Shown in pieces: positions 27,423 to 35,669 of a stretch of DNA of 56,372 nt. The stretch lies in the IMG/VR virus record IMGVR_UViG_3300032893_000057, positions 1 to 56,372 of that record. One strand, 5' to 3'. Positions within the stretch are counted from its first letter, which is position 1, and the number at the start of each line of letters is the position of its first letter. Source of the stretch: a virus (lineage: Duplodnaviria > Caudoviricetes). The notes under the pieces were generated by a model that worked only from the letters and a program-made list of their open reading frames with translations, made no database searches and had not been told where the DNA came from. Position numbers and translations under genes: made by a program.

Positions 27423-27896
27423 GTGAACCCCGTGGGGCGTGAACGCCGCTGGAACCGCCAGTCGACCGAGGACATCGAGCGTGACGGCCGTGCGCTGCGC
27501 CTCTACAGCCAGCGCCTCCCCTACCGGGAGATCGCCTCCCAACTCGGCGTGAGCGTCGGCGGCGCCCACAAGATGGTCCACCGGGGCATGCTGCGCTTCC
27601 TCAAGGACAACGGCGCAGAGGAGGTCAAGGCCGACATCCTGGCCCGCACCGACCTGGCGCTCTCGGCGATCATGCCCGCCGTCGAGAAGGGCGACCCGAC
27701 GGCCATCGACCGGATGCTGAAGCTCGACAAGCAGCTTCGGGACCTCTTCGGCCTCGACGCCCCGAAGACCAAGCGCCACGAGTGGATCGACGCCAACTCC
27801 CTGGAGGCCCAGATCGCCGACGCCGCTGCCCGCCTGGGCGTTCCGGTGCCCCCCCGCATCATCGACACGAGCGCCGTCCCGGCGCTGAACCCATGA
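27423..27896 (+). CDS. Putative terminase small subunit (HTH)
   Basis: ALRL......YREIASQLGVS; AIDR.LK......LFGLDAP; upstream of TerL. Confidence 0.65.
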   Translation: MNPVGRERRWNRQSTEDIERDGRALRLYSQRLPYREIASQLGVSVGGAHKMVHRGMLRFLKDNGAEEVKADILARTDLALSAIMPAVEKGDPTAIDRMLKLDKQLRDLFGLDAPKTKRHEWIDANSLEAQIADAAARLGVPVPPRIIDTSAVPALNP

Positions 27897-28216
27897 GCGA
27901 CGCCATGGCGTGGGCCGTCGTCGAGGACCAGAGCCATGATGCGCGCGCCCGTCAGTGGGAGCACTGGTGCCGCTGCCGGGTCTGGTACTTCGCCGGGTAC
28001 TACAAGTACACCTTCCTCTTCACGGCCTCCTCCGGCATCACCGAGCCCGAGAGCTACCGCGGGGAACTGCACGTCGGCGGCACCGCGGACGACATCTACC
28101 GCTTCGACGTCAAGCCCACGATGCGCTTCGACGACATCATCGGGGCGCGCGAGTACCGGCTGGCCGTCAAGCAGGGCGTCAACGACATCTACCTGCTGAC
28201 GCGTCAGGTCGTGTAG
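27893..28216 (+). CDS. Hypothetical protein
   Basis: ATGA overlap. Confidence 0.7.
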   Translation: MSDAMAWAVVEDQSHDARARQWEHWCRCRVWYFAGYYKYTFLFTASSGITEPESYRGELHVGGTADDIYRFDVKPTMRFDDIIGAREYRLAVKQGVNDIYLLTRQVV

Positions 28217-28220
28217 GGCG

Positions 28221-28568
28221 ATGGAGATCGACGAGGAGGCCAGAGCCCTGGCGTGGCGGCGAGCCGCGCTCCAGCAACCCCAGTCGGTCGTGCGCGCCCA
28301 GTACCGGCCCGAGGAGTGGGCGACCCGACCCGACCCCACAGCCATCCTCGACGAGCCCGCGACCGAGGAGATCGACCGGGTGCTGCTCGGCGACCTGCTC
28401 CGCGACGACGCGGCCGACGCCGTGGCCTACACCGTCTATCGCGCGGCCACCCAGACGACGTCGGTCGTTGTGGGCCCGAGGCTGACCGACAGCCGGGACC
28501 TGTACGCCTGGGTCCTCTTCGCCAAGTACCGCCGTCCCCCCCCGTTCTCGACGGTCACTCTCTGCTGA
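28221..28568 (+). CDS. Hypothetical protein
   Basis: GC3 bias. Confidence 0.7.
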   Translation: MEIDEEARALAWRRAALQQPQSVVRAQYRPEEWATRPDPTAILDEPATEEIDRVLLGDLLRDDAADAVAYTVYRAATQTTSVVVGPRLTDSRDLYAWVLFAKYRRPPPFSTVTLC

Positions 28569-28748
28569 GCCGCCTCTTCGCCTGGGTGCTCCCGGACAGG
28601 AGCCTGACGTGGGACCCGTTCCGGCCGCTCTCGGCCGAGTTCTGGCTGACCGGGATGGAGACCGTGCTCACCGGCCTCACCGCCGTCGCGGGCCGCTGGG
28701 CGTTCCCTGGTGAGCCGCTGCCCGACCTGACGACGGTCCGGGACCGCC

Positions 28749-31727
28749 GTGAGCGTCTCTGAGCGTCGCTACCGCATCGACGCCGACCTGAGCGATCGGG
28801 AGCGCCTCGCCGTCCTGCTGGCGTTGCGCGACAAGCGCGACCTGGCTGCGGTCGAGGCCGAGCGCCAGATGCTCGCCGAGCGCCAGGCCGTCGACGCCGT
28901 GTACACCCGCAAGGTCGGGCTGTACCACGACGACCCCGTCGCCTGGGCGCACGACTGCGTCATCTGGCGCCCCGGCGAGGGCCTGACCGCCTACCAGGCC
29001 GAGACCTTCCACGCCATGATCGAGCACGGCCGCGCCGCGGTGCGCGGCCCGCACGGCCTGGGCAAGACCTGCATGGAGTCGCTGGCGGTGCTCTGGTTCG
29101 CCCTCACCCGCGACGCCGCGGGCGAGGACTGGAAGGTGCCGACCACCGCGTCGGTCTGGGAGCAACTGAAGAACTTCCTCTGGCCCGAGATCCACAAGTG
29201 GGCCAAGCGCCTGCGCTGGGACGTGATCGGCCGCGAGCCCTTCGACACCCGCCGGGAACTGCTCCAGTGGAACCTGAAGCTGAACCACGGCGCCGCCTTC
29301 GCCATCAGCCCCGACGACCCCGCCCACCTGGAGGGCGCGCACGCCGAGCAACTGCTCTACGTCTACGACGAGTCCAAGGCCGTGAGCGACGCCACCTTCG
29401 ACGCCTCCGAGGGCGCGTTCTCGACCGCTGGCTCGGGCGGCACGGTCGCCTACGCCCTCGCCGTCTCGACGCCTGGCGAGCCCCAGGGCCGCTTCTACGA
29501 CATCCACGCCCGGCGCCCCGGCTTCACCGACTGGTGGGCGCGCCACGTCACCGTCGAGGAGTGCATGGCCGCTGGCCGGGTCACCGAGGAGTGGGTCTAC
29601 AACCGGGGCCTGATGTGGGGGATCGACTCGGCGGTCTACAAGAACCGCGTGCTGGGCGAGTTCGCCTCCTCCGCCACCGACGGCGTGATCCCGCTCGCCT
29701 GGGTCGAGGCGGCCAACGCCCGCTGGCGGATGCGGTACGAGCCCAACGGCGAGAAGCTGGGCGCCCACCGCGAGCCGCACCAGGGCACGCGCGCCGTGCT
29801 CCAGCCCGGCGAGAAGCTGCACACGATCGGCTGCGACATCGCTGCGGGCGGCGAGGACAAGACCGTGCTGGCGCTCCGCCAGGGCAACGCCATCGTCGAG
29901 CTACGCCGGGACGGCTACACCGACGACACGACGATCACCGCCGACCGGATCGTCGCCATCCAGCGGGCCCACGGCGAGCCCATGGCGATCGTCGACGCCA
30001 TCGGCGTGGGCGCTGGCGTGTTCAACGACATCCGCCGCGAGCACACCCCCTGCGCCCCGTTCATCTCCTCGGGCGCGACCAAGCGCCACGACCTCTCCGG
30101 CGAGTTCGGCTTCGCCAACTGCCTGACCGGCGATGCCCGGGTCTTGCCGATCGGCGAGCTACGCCGGGTCTACCGGGCTCGGCACAATGGCCCCCTCGTC
30201 CGGGTCCAGATGGCCTCGGGAGACGAGTTCACCGCCACCCCGAACCACCGCGTACTGGCGCCGAGTGGATGGGTCGCCGTCCATGCGCTGAGCGTGGGCG
30301 ACGACCTGGTCAGCGCCGAGGGCCGAGATTGGGCTGGCCCGAGTCACCCACACGTAGAGGACGTGCCAGCCTCGATCGGCGAGATGTACCGAGCGGAGCG
30401 CGAGCGAGGCGTCACCGAGCGGGTAGACGCCCGAACGGTGAACTTCCACGGCGACCGTCCCGTGGGTCAGGTCGATGTTGTACGTGTCGTCGGCGACCTG
30501 CTGGCCGTGCACGAACCCGGGCGGGAGCAGGTCGATCAGTGTGCGTTCGTAGGCTCGCTGGTGGGCCAGAGTCCGCTGCCTGGTCAGGGCGGCCTTGGCG
30601 CCCATCGGGTTCTGGACGACGGGTCGCCGGAACGGCACGTAGATGACCCGCGACCAGTCGCCCGCGAGGTGGTGGCGCTTGCCGGTGGCGACGTGCTGGG
30701 TAGCCCACAACCGGTTCGCCGTGCCGATGTCGCGCAGGGCCACCCCGGCCTCGGTCAGTTCGCGCCGCACGACCCACTCCCCGGTGTGAAGGCTCTTGGC
30801 GAGGGCGAGGACGGACTCGCCGCTCTCGTAGCGCCGGACGAGATAGACGCGGTCAAGGGGCCGCCGCCTGAGAGCGGCCGCCTCGGCTCGCGTCCGTCGC
30901 TCGATCCCATGTTCGGCGAGGATGCGTCGCACGACGCACCGGTCGATACCGAGCCCGGCGCAGATCGAGCGTTCCCCTTCGCCGCCGATGTACCGACGGA
31001 CCAGGTCGTCAGCATCGAGATCATCCCGCCGAGCAGGCATGGCACCATCCGCGTCTACACGGTCGAGACCTCGACCGGCGCCTATCGCACTACCAGCGTA
31101 GTCCACAAGAACTGTCGGTCCTGGGCCTGGTGGAACCTGCGCGAGATGCTCGACCCCGCCAACGGCATGGACCTGGCGCTGCCGCCCGACGACCTGCTGA
31201 CCGGCGACCTGCTCGCCCCGAAGTGGCGGGAGGTGTCCGGCGCGCGCATCCAGGTCGAGTCGAAGGACGACATCGGCAAGCGCCTCGGGCGCTCGACCGA
31301 CAACGGCGACGCCGTCGTCTACGCCTACAGCCGCTCGGGCGGCTCGTGGGCTGCGCTGTACGCCGGAGAGCCCGAGCAGACCGAGGAGGACGACGACGTG
31401 CCCCTGCCCACCCAGAAGCCCGCGCGCTCAGGCGGCTGGGGCGACGTCTACGCTCCCAGCGGCGGGGCGGCCCCGGATGCCAATGCGGCCCGGCCGGAGT
31501 CGCCTCGCCCCATCCAGACCAGCGGCTACTTCGCCGGGAGCCCGGTGATCGAGGCCAAGGCCCAGCCGAAGAGCGGCCCCGTCCCGACCGACGTCCTCGT
31601 CGACGAGCGGGCGCTCAACCGGCCCTGCCGCTGCGGCAACCTGCGCCGCGACCACTCCGGCGACCGCCATGACGGCCCCTGCACCGACGTCGAGTGCTCG
31701 TGCGAGCGGTTCGAGCCGCCCCGCTGA
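28749..31727 (+). CDS. terL: Terminase large subunit interrupted by an intein
   Basis: Walker A GPHGLGKT; Walker B YVYDES; coupling STP; nuclease GCDIA.GG.D, DAIGVG, STD.GDA. Confidence 0.92.
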   Translation: MSVSERRYRIDADLSDRERLAVLLALRDKRDLAAVEAERQMLAERQAVDAVYTRKVGLYHDDPVAWAHDCVIWRPGEGLTAYQAETFHAMIEHGRAAVRGPHGLGKTCMESLAVLWFALTRDAAGEDWKVPTTASVWEQLKNFLWPEIHKWAKRLRWDVIGREPFDTRRELLQWNLKLNHGAAFAISPDDPAHLEGAHAEQLLYVYDESKAVSDATFDASEGAFSTAGSGGTVAYALAVSTPGEPQGRFYDIHARRPGFTDWWARHVTVEECMAAGRVTEEWVYNRGLMWGIDSAVYKNRVLGEFASSATDGVIPLAWVEAANARWRMRYEPNGEKLGAHREPHQGTRAVLQPGEKLHTIGCDIAAGGEDKTVLALRQGNAIVELRRDGYTDDTTITADRIVAIQRAHGEPMAIVDAIGVGAGVFNDIRREHTPCAPFISSGATKRHDLSGEFGFANCLTGDARVLPIGELRRVYRARHNGPLVRVQMASGDEFTATPNHRVLAPSGWVAVHALSVGDDLVSAEGRDWAGPSHPHVEDVPASIGEMYRAERERGVTERVDARTVNFHGDRPVGQVDVVRVVGDLLAVHEPGREQVDQCAFVGSLVGQSPLPGQGGLGAHRVLDDGSPERHVDDPRPVAREVVALAGGDVLGSPQPVRRADVAQGHPGLGQFAPHDPLPGVKALGEGEDGLAALVAPDEIDAVKGPPPESGRLGSRPSLDPMFGEDASHDAPVDTEPGADRAFPFAADVPTDQVVSIEIIPPSRHGTIRVYTVETSTGAYRTTSVVHKNCRSWAWWNLREMLDPANGMDLALPPDDLLTGDLLAPKWREVSGARIQVESKDDIGKRLGRSTDNGDAVVYAYSRSGGSWAALYAGEPEQTEEDDDVPLPTQKPARSGGWGDVYAPSGGAAPDANAARPESPRPIQTSGYFAGSPVIEAKAQPKSGPVPTDVLVDERALNRPCRCGNLRRDHSGDRHDGPCTDVECSCERFEPPR
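30120..31112 (+). mobile_element. Intein (331 aa) in the TerL nuclease domain
   Basis: N-terminal CLTGDARV (block A), TATPNHRV (block B), VYTVET..G.Y...VVHKN/C (blocks F/G); splicing restores FAN-CRSWAWWNLRE. Confidence 0.88.
30159..31040 (-). CDS. Antisense HTH-HTH-Vsr/DUF559-like endonuclease nested in the intein
   Basis: Two tandem LVRRY..GE....I/LA..L......VRR.L...G...R repeats; YE..L..LL...Q....YNIDL....VAVEVH...L..RGW.VL.VW. Confidence 0.75.
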   Translation of the reverse strand: MPARRDDLDADDLVRRYIGGEGERSICAGLGIDRCVVRRILAEHGIERRTRAEAAALRRRPLDRVYLVRRYESGESVLALAKSLHTGEWVVRRELTEAGVALRDIGTANRLWATQHVATGKRHHLAGDWSRVIYVPFRRPVVQNPMGAKAALTRQRTLAHQRAYERTLIDLLPPGFVHGQQVADDTYNIDLTHGTVAVEVHRSGVYPLGDASLALRSVHLADRGWHVLYVWVTRASPISALGADQVVAHAQRMDGDPSTRRQYAVVRGGGELVSRGHLDPDEGAIVPSPVDPA

Positions 31728-31745
31728 AGATTCTTCGCTGAGCCG

Positions 31746-31772
31746 CTCAAGTCCCGGGGACGCCTGGCCGAT
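31746..31772 (+). promoter_or_regulatory. sigma28/FliA-type promoter
   Basis: CTCAAG-N15-GCCGAT-N9-ATG; AGATTCTTC upstream. Confidence 0.8.
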
Positions 31773-31781
31773 AGATAGGAC

Positions 31782-32141
31782 ATGGCAACCACTTCCCTCC
31801 CGAAGCTCCCCTACTACAGCGAGGCCACCCTCGACGAGATGACCCTCGCCGACCTGGTCGCCCTGGCGCAGACCCTCCGCCGTGGCCTCTACATCGCCTC
31901 CGAGGTCCGCTCCCCCGCCGCTGCGAAGTACGCAGGCCGCTCGCTCTTCATCCTGGAGCGCCTGGTCGAGCCCCGCATCGACGCCCTGCGCGCCGCCGAC
32001 CCCCGCCCGACCGTTGCCGAGTACGCCGCCTCCGAGCGGGCCCGCATCATCGCCCTCGGCGAGACCGACCTCGGCAACATCGAAGAGTGCGTCATGGCGA
32101 ACACCGAGTACGCCATCGAGGCCGGGCTGGTGAAGCCGTGA
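31782..32141 (+). CDS. Hypothetical protein, sigma28-type promoter
   Basis: Promoter spacing; GC3 bias. Confidence 0.8.
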   Translation: MATTSLPKLPYYSEATLDEMTLADLVALAQTLRRGLYIASEVRSPAAAKYAGRSLFILERLVEPRIDALRAADPRPTVAEYAASERARIIALGETDLGNIEECVMANTEYAIEAGLVKP

Positions 32142-32389
32142 TCGTCCACGTGCCCGCCACCCTCGACGCCGAGGTCCTCGTGGGCCTCGCCGTCACCGCC
32201 GCCGCCCAGGCCGTCATCGACCAGATCACCGCCGGGCCAGACACGACGGTCAACTCCGAGCGGATGCTCGCGCTGGAGTCTCAGCCCGAGTTCCAGGTGG
32301 CCGTCGCCACGCTGGAGTCGGTCCTGCTCTTCGGCGATACCTCCGCCGCCGACGTGCTGACCGCCGAGATCGACAGGCTCCTCCAGTGA
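32138..32389 (+). CDS. Hypothetical protein
   Basis: GTGA overlap. Confidence 0.7.
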   Translation: MIVHVPATLDAEVLVGLAVTAAAQAVIDQITAGPDTTVNSERMLALESQPEFQVAVATLESVLLFGDTSAADVLTAEIDRLLQ

Positions 32390-32676
32390 CCGGCACGGGC
32401 AAGGACCCCGACATGCCCCTCGCCGCGGCGCCCGACGACGCTCCCATCCCGGGCATGCCCACTCCCCGCTTCCGCATCGGCGACCGCGTCACGGGCCGCT
32501 GCGTCACGACCTACCTGGAGTACACCGGCACCATCAGCGAGATCAGCGTCCCCGGCGTCTTCACCTTCCCGGGCGGCGTGCGCTACCGGCTGGTGGACAC
32601 CGGCCAGACCTACTCCTCGGGTGCCCCCGTCGAGCCGATCGTCGATGAGGCGACCTGCCGGGAGGTGGGCCGATGA
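32386..32676 (+). CDS. Small SH3-like beta-barrel protein
   Basis: PRFRIGDRV...GTI....Y.L. Confidence 0.6.
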   Translation: MTGTGKDPDMPLAAAPDDAPIPGMPTPRFRIGDRVTGRCVTTYLEYTGTISEISVPGVFTFPGGVRYRLVDTGQTYSSGAPVEPIVDEATCREVGR

Positions 32677-32709
32677 TCTGACTGACTGGATGTTGTGCCA
32701 CGGTTCCCT

Positions 32710-32721
32710 CTACCGTGGTAG
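32710..32721. promoter_or_regulatory. Operator CTACCGTGGTAG
   Basis: Intergenic palindrome. Confidence 0.7.
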
Positions 32722-32844
32722 CGGACCGCTTCGGGGAAGTAGCGGACCGCCGGAGTCCAAGCAGTGGGCCGAGGGAGCAAAACCGCGGATCACCTCCCAC
32801 TGTGACCGCCCCCGTTCTCGGCGTCTCCTGCCGGGGCGGGGACG

Positions 32845-32872
32845 GCTCGCGTTACGCGCGCGTAACGCGAGC
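32845..32872. repeat. Perfect 28-bp palindrome GCTCGCGTTACGCGCGCGTAACGCGAGC (copy 2)
   Basis: Read directly from the sequence. Confidence 0.9.
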
Positions 32873-32879
32873 GGGAGGA

Positions 32880-32909
32880 CTGACAACCCCGGCCCTACCC
32901 TGGTAGCGT
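32880..32909 (+). promoter_or_regulatory. sigmaA-type promoter overlapped by operator CTACCCTGGTAG
   Basis: CTGACA-N18-TAGCGT-N7-GTG(32917). Confidence 0.65.
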
Positions 32910-32916
32910 CGACCGT

Positions 32917-33516
32917 GTGAGCGGCTGGGACGACGACTACGACCCCGACGCTGCCGACATGCCCGCCGACCCGACGACGCCGATGAGCGAGTCGGCCGTC
33001 GCGATGCGGGAGGTCTACCTGAGCTACGTCGAGGCGGGCTTCACCGCCGACCAGGCGCTCTATCTCACCGGCTGCGTCGCCTCGACCCTGGCGTCGGCCG
33101 AGATGCTCCAGCAGAGCGAGGCGATCAAGCAGGCGATGCTCGCCCGGGTGATGGACCAGGCCGACCAGCTACGGGCCATCCGGGCCATGCGCGAGCCTCG
33201 GCCTCGGGCCACGGGGTCCGGGACGATGACGTCGCTGACGGTGGTGTGCCCGAAGTGCTCCCGCCACTTCACCTGGATGATCGACGACTACACCGTGCCC
33301 TACCGCCGCGACCCCGGCGAGCGCGTCGCCGCGATGCAGAGGATGCTGGGCGAGGAGTGCCCGGTCCACGAGCACCGCACGCCCGCCCACTTCATGGACG
33401 CCATGACGCCCAAGTGCATCGTCTGCGGCCGCACCGACCTGGTCGCGACCAGCTACGGCCTGGAGTGCCCGGAGCACCGCACGCCCAGCGGCCCGCCGCG
33501 GAGCACGCCGTGGTGA
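32917..33516 (+). CDS. Hypothetical protein
   Basis: E.Y.SYV.AGFT.DQAL; CxxC motifs. Confidence 0.75.
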   Translation: MSGWDDDYDPDAADMPADPTTPMSESAVAMREVYLSYVEAGFTADQALYLTGCVASTLASAEMLQQSEAIKQAMLARVMDQADQLRAIRAMREPRPRATGSGTMTSLTVVCPKCSRHFTWMIDDYTVPYRRDPGERVAAMQRMLGEECPVHEHRTPAHFMDAMTPKCIVCGRTDLVATSYGLECPEHRTPSGPPRSTPW

Positions 33517-33830
33517 AGGCGCGGGAGCCGCTGCCGCCGCTCGACCAGGCGGCGAGGCAGCAGGCGGCGACCGACTGGGCAGCGCTCGTGTGCGGCGACT
33601 GCGGCACGATCCACGCTCAGGTCGTCTGCCCCCGGGTGAAGAGCATCGAGGTGGAGTTCCGCCACCCGAACGGCGCCGTCGAGGTGCGCAGGGTCACCTA
33701 CCACGACAACGACGAGTGGGACCTCCCACCGGACGCCAGGACCGCCCGCGACGTGTTCGGGGAGGCTGGTCTCCACCCGGCCCGTAAAGCGCCTGAGCCG
33801 CCCCCTCAGGCCCCGGCGAAGAAGGGCTGA
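33513..33830 (+). CDS. Hypothetical zinc-binding protein
   Basis: CGDCG..H...CPRV. Confidence 0.7.
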   Translation: MKAREPLPPLDQAARQQAATDWAALVCGDCGTIHAQVVCPRVKSIEVEFRHPNGAVEVRRVTYHDNDEWDLPPDARTARDVFGEAGLHPARKAPEPPPQAPAKKG

Positions 33831-34063
33831 TGGTCAACCGCCTACCGTTCCGACCGTTCCCCGTGAAACATACCCAGGCACCCGAGGAGCTACGGGAGAC
33901 TGCCGTGCTCGCCGTCCACGCGGCGGTCGAGCAGTTCCGGCGCGAGGGCGGCTGGCTGACGCCCTACAGCATGATCGACTGCGTCCTCGACTCGGTGCCC
34001 GCTGGCTGGATGAAGCGGGCCGACGGCACCTGGGGCAAGCCGGGCGACGGGACGGCCTGGTGA
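33830..34063 (+). CDS. Hypothetical protein
   Basis: Coupled ORF. Confidence 0.6.
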   Translation: MVNRLPFRPFPVKHTQAPEELRETAVLAVHAAVEQFRREGGWLTPYSMIDCVLDSVPAGWMKRADGTWGKPGDGTAW

Positions 34064-34302
34064 TGGCGGTCCTCTGGATCGGTGGCGTGGTCGCCGTCCT
34101 CCTGCTCGGCCCCGTCTGGTCAAGGCTGCACCCGGGCGCCCGGTACGGCGCCTTCTTCGCTGGGGCCCTCTTCGTCCTCGGCTTCCTGGTGGTCGCCGAC
34201 CTGCCGCGATGGTTGACCGTGCTCGCCGCCGCCTACGTGGGCTCCATGATCTACGACGGGCTCCGGAAGTTCGCTCGGTACCGGGCGGAGGGGAAGGTCT
34301 GA
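34060..34302 (+). CDS. Membrane protein
   Basis: Three hydrophobic segments. Confidence 0.7.
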   Translation: MMAVLWIGGVVAVLLLGPVWSRLHPGARYGAFFAGALFVLGFLVVADLPRWLTVLAAAYVGSMIYDGLRKFARYRAEGKV

Positions 34303-34784
34303 TGGGCAGGGCCGAGAAGCGGGCCAGCTTCCGCCAGGCGCGCGCCAACCTGCCCGAGGACTTCCGCCGCAACCTGAAGAAGTCGGCCGGGCGCCGCCGC
34401 GGCTACATCGACCGGGTGCTGCACCCCGAGGACGCGCCCGCGCAGGCGCCGCAGCCCCAGGTCGCTCCGCCGCCAAGCGCGCTCAGCGAGACGGCCTCGA
34501 TGACCGCCGAGGAGATGGACGCCAAGGAGGCCGAGATCCTCCGCTCGATCCCGACCGAGATCCGCGACGACCCCGAGACGCTGAAGATGATCACCCGGCT
34601 GCGCGCCTCGTGGGTGACGCCGGTCCCGGCCGAGATCGCCGAGAAGTGGTGGCGGGAGTGGCGGGAGTTCCTCGACAGCCGCCCCGAGGCCCGCAAGATC
34701 GCCGCCATGCGCGCCGGGCTGTACGTGCCCGGCGCCTCCGATGATGGCGCCCTGTCCAGCCTGATCCTCCCGGAGGGAACGTGA
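34302..34784 (+). CDS. Hypothetical protein
   Basis: TGATG coupling. Confidence 0.7.
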   Translation: MGRAEKRASFRQARANLPEDFRRNLKKSAGRRRGYIDRVLHPEDAPAQAPQPQVAPPPSALSETASMTAEEMDAKEAEILRSIPTEIRDDPETLKMITRLRASWVTPVPAEIAEKWWREWREFLDSRPEARKIAAMRAGLYVPGASDDGALSSLILPEGT

Positions 34785-35005
34785 GCGAGGCCCTGACCAG
34801 TAGCACCGTCGCACCGCCGCCGGTCGCCGACAACGACCGGATACAGATCGCCGTGCGCGTCAACGGCGAGGACTTCTGGACCTCGCAGTGGATGAGCCGG
34901 GAGGAGTTCCTCGCCTGGATGAGGCCACCGGACCACGGCATGGTCGTCAAGGTAGGCGACGCCATCCTGGCGCTACTCCTGGGCAAGCCTGCCCCGACGT
35001 CATGA
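34781..35005 (+). CDS. Hypothetical protein
   Basis: GTGA overlap. Confidence 0.6.
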   Translation: MSEALTSSTVAPPPVADNDRIQIAVRVNGEDFWTSQWMSREEFLAWMRPPDHGMVVKVGDAILALLLGKPAPTS

Positions 35006-35418
35006 GCGGTCCCACCCGGGTGCGGGTCCAGTCGACCGACATGCTGGGCAAGACGACCATCGTCACCGACCTCGACACCGGCCAGCAGGTCCGCAACTGG
35101 GTCGCGGCCGACATCCATGTGGCGGCCGACGAGGTCATCACCGCCCGCGTCGACATGGTCATCGAGGAGGTCGACGTCGAGGCCGAGGTCGTGCCCCGTG
35201 ACGCCGCCACGATCGCCGACTACGTGATCGCCCGCCTGGACGTCCAGCCCGGCGAGGTGATCTTCGTGATCCCGGACCCGAACGTCATCGCCGACGAGAA
35301 GGGCGTGCGCTACCTCCAGGAGGGCCTGGAGCGGATCTTCGAGAGGATGGACACGCGCTTCGACGTGCTCGTGCTGCCGCCCGGCACGCGCCTCGCGTCA
35401 GCGGTCCCGCCCACCTGA
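35002..35418 (+). CDS. Hypothetical protein
   Basis: ATGA overlap; GC3 bias. Confidence 0.75.
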   Translation: MSGPTRVRVQSTDMLGKTTIVTDLDTGQQVRNWVAADIHVAADEVITARVDMVIEEVDVEAEVVPRDAATIADYVIARLDVQPGEVIFVIPDPNVIADEKGVRYLQEGLERIFERMDTRFDVLVLPPGTRLASAVPPT

Positions 35419-35437
35419 TCGGACTACGCTCCGCCGG

Positions 35438-35662
35438 ATGGCGGGTTGCATGGCAGCAGGTGCGATCGGCAAGCACCAGTGGAAGGAGTGCGCCTCGGCG
35501 CAGGAGCCGGGCACGAAGCTGGTGGTGCGGTACGTGATCTGCAACGACTACGCCGTGCGGATCGAGCTATGCCCGATGCACCGGGCGCTCTGGGACGCCG
35601 ACTACGAGCGCCTCGCGGTGTGGGCTGGTGCGCCAGTGGCGGACTCCGCCGTGACACGCTAA
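35438..35662 (+). CDS. Small Cys-containing protein
   Basis: TACGCT-N7-ATG; LCP.H. Confidence 0.6.
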   Translation: MAGCMAAGAIGKHQWKECASAQEPGTKLVVRYVICNDYAVRIELCPMHRALWDADYERLAVWAGAPVADSAVTR

Positions 35663-35669
35663 GAGCCTC

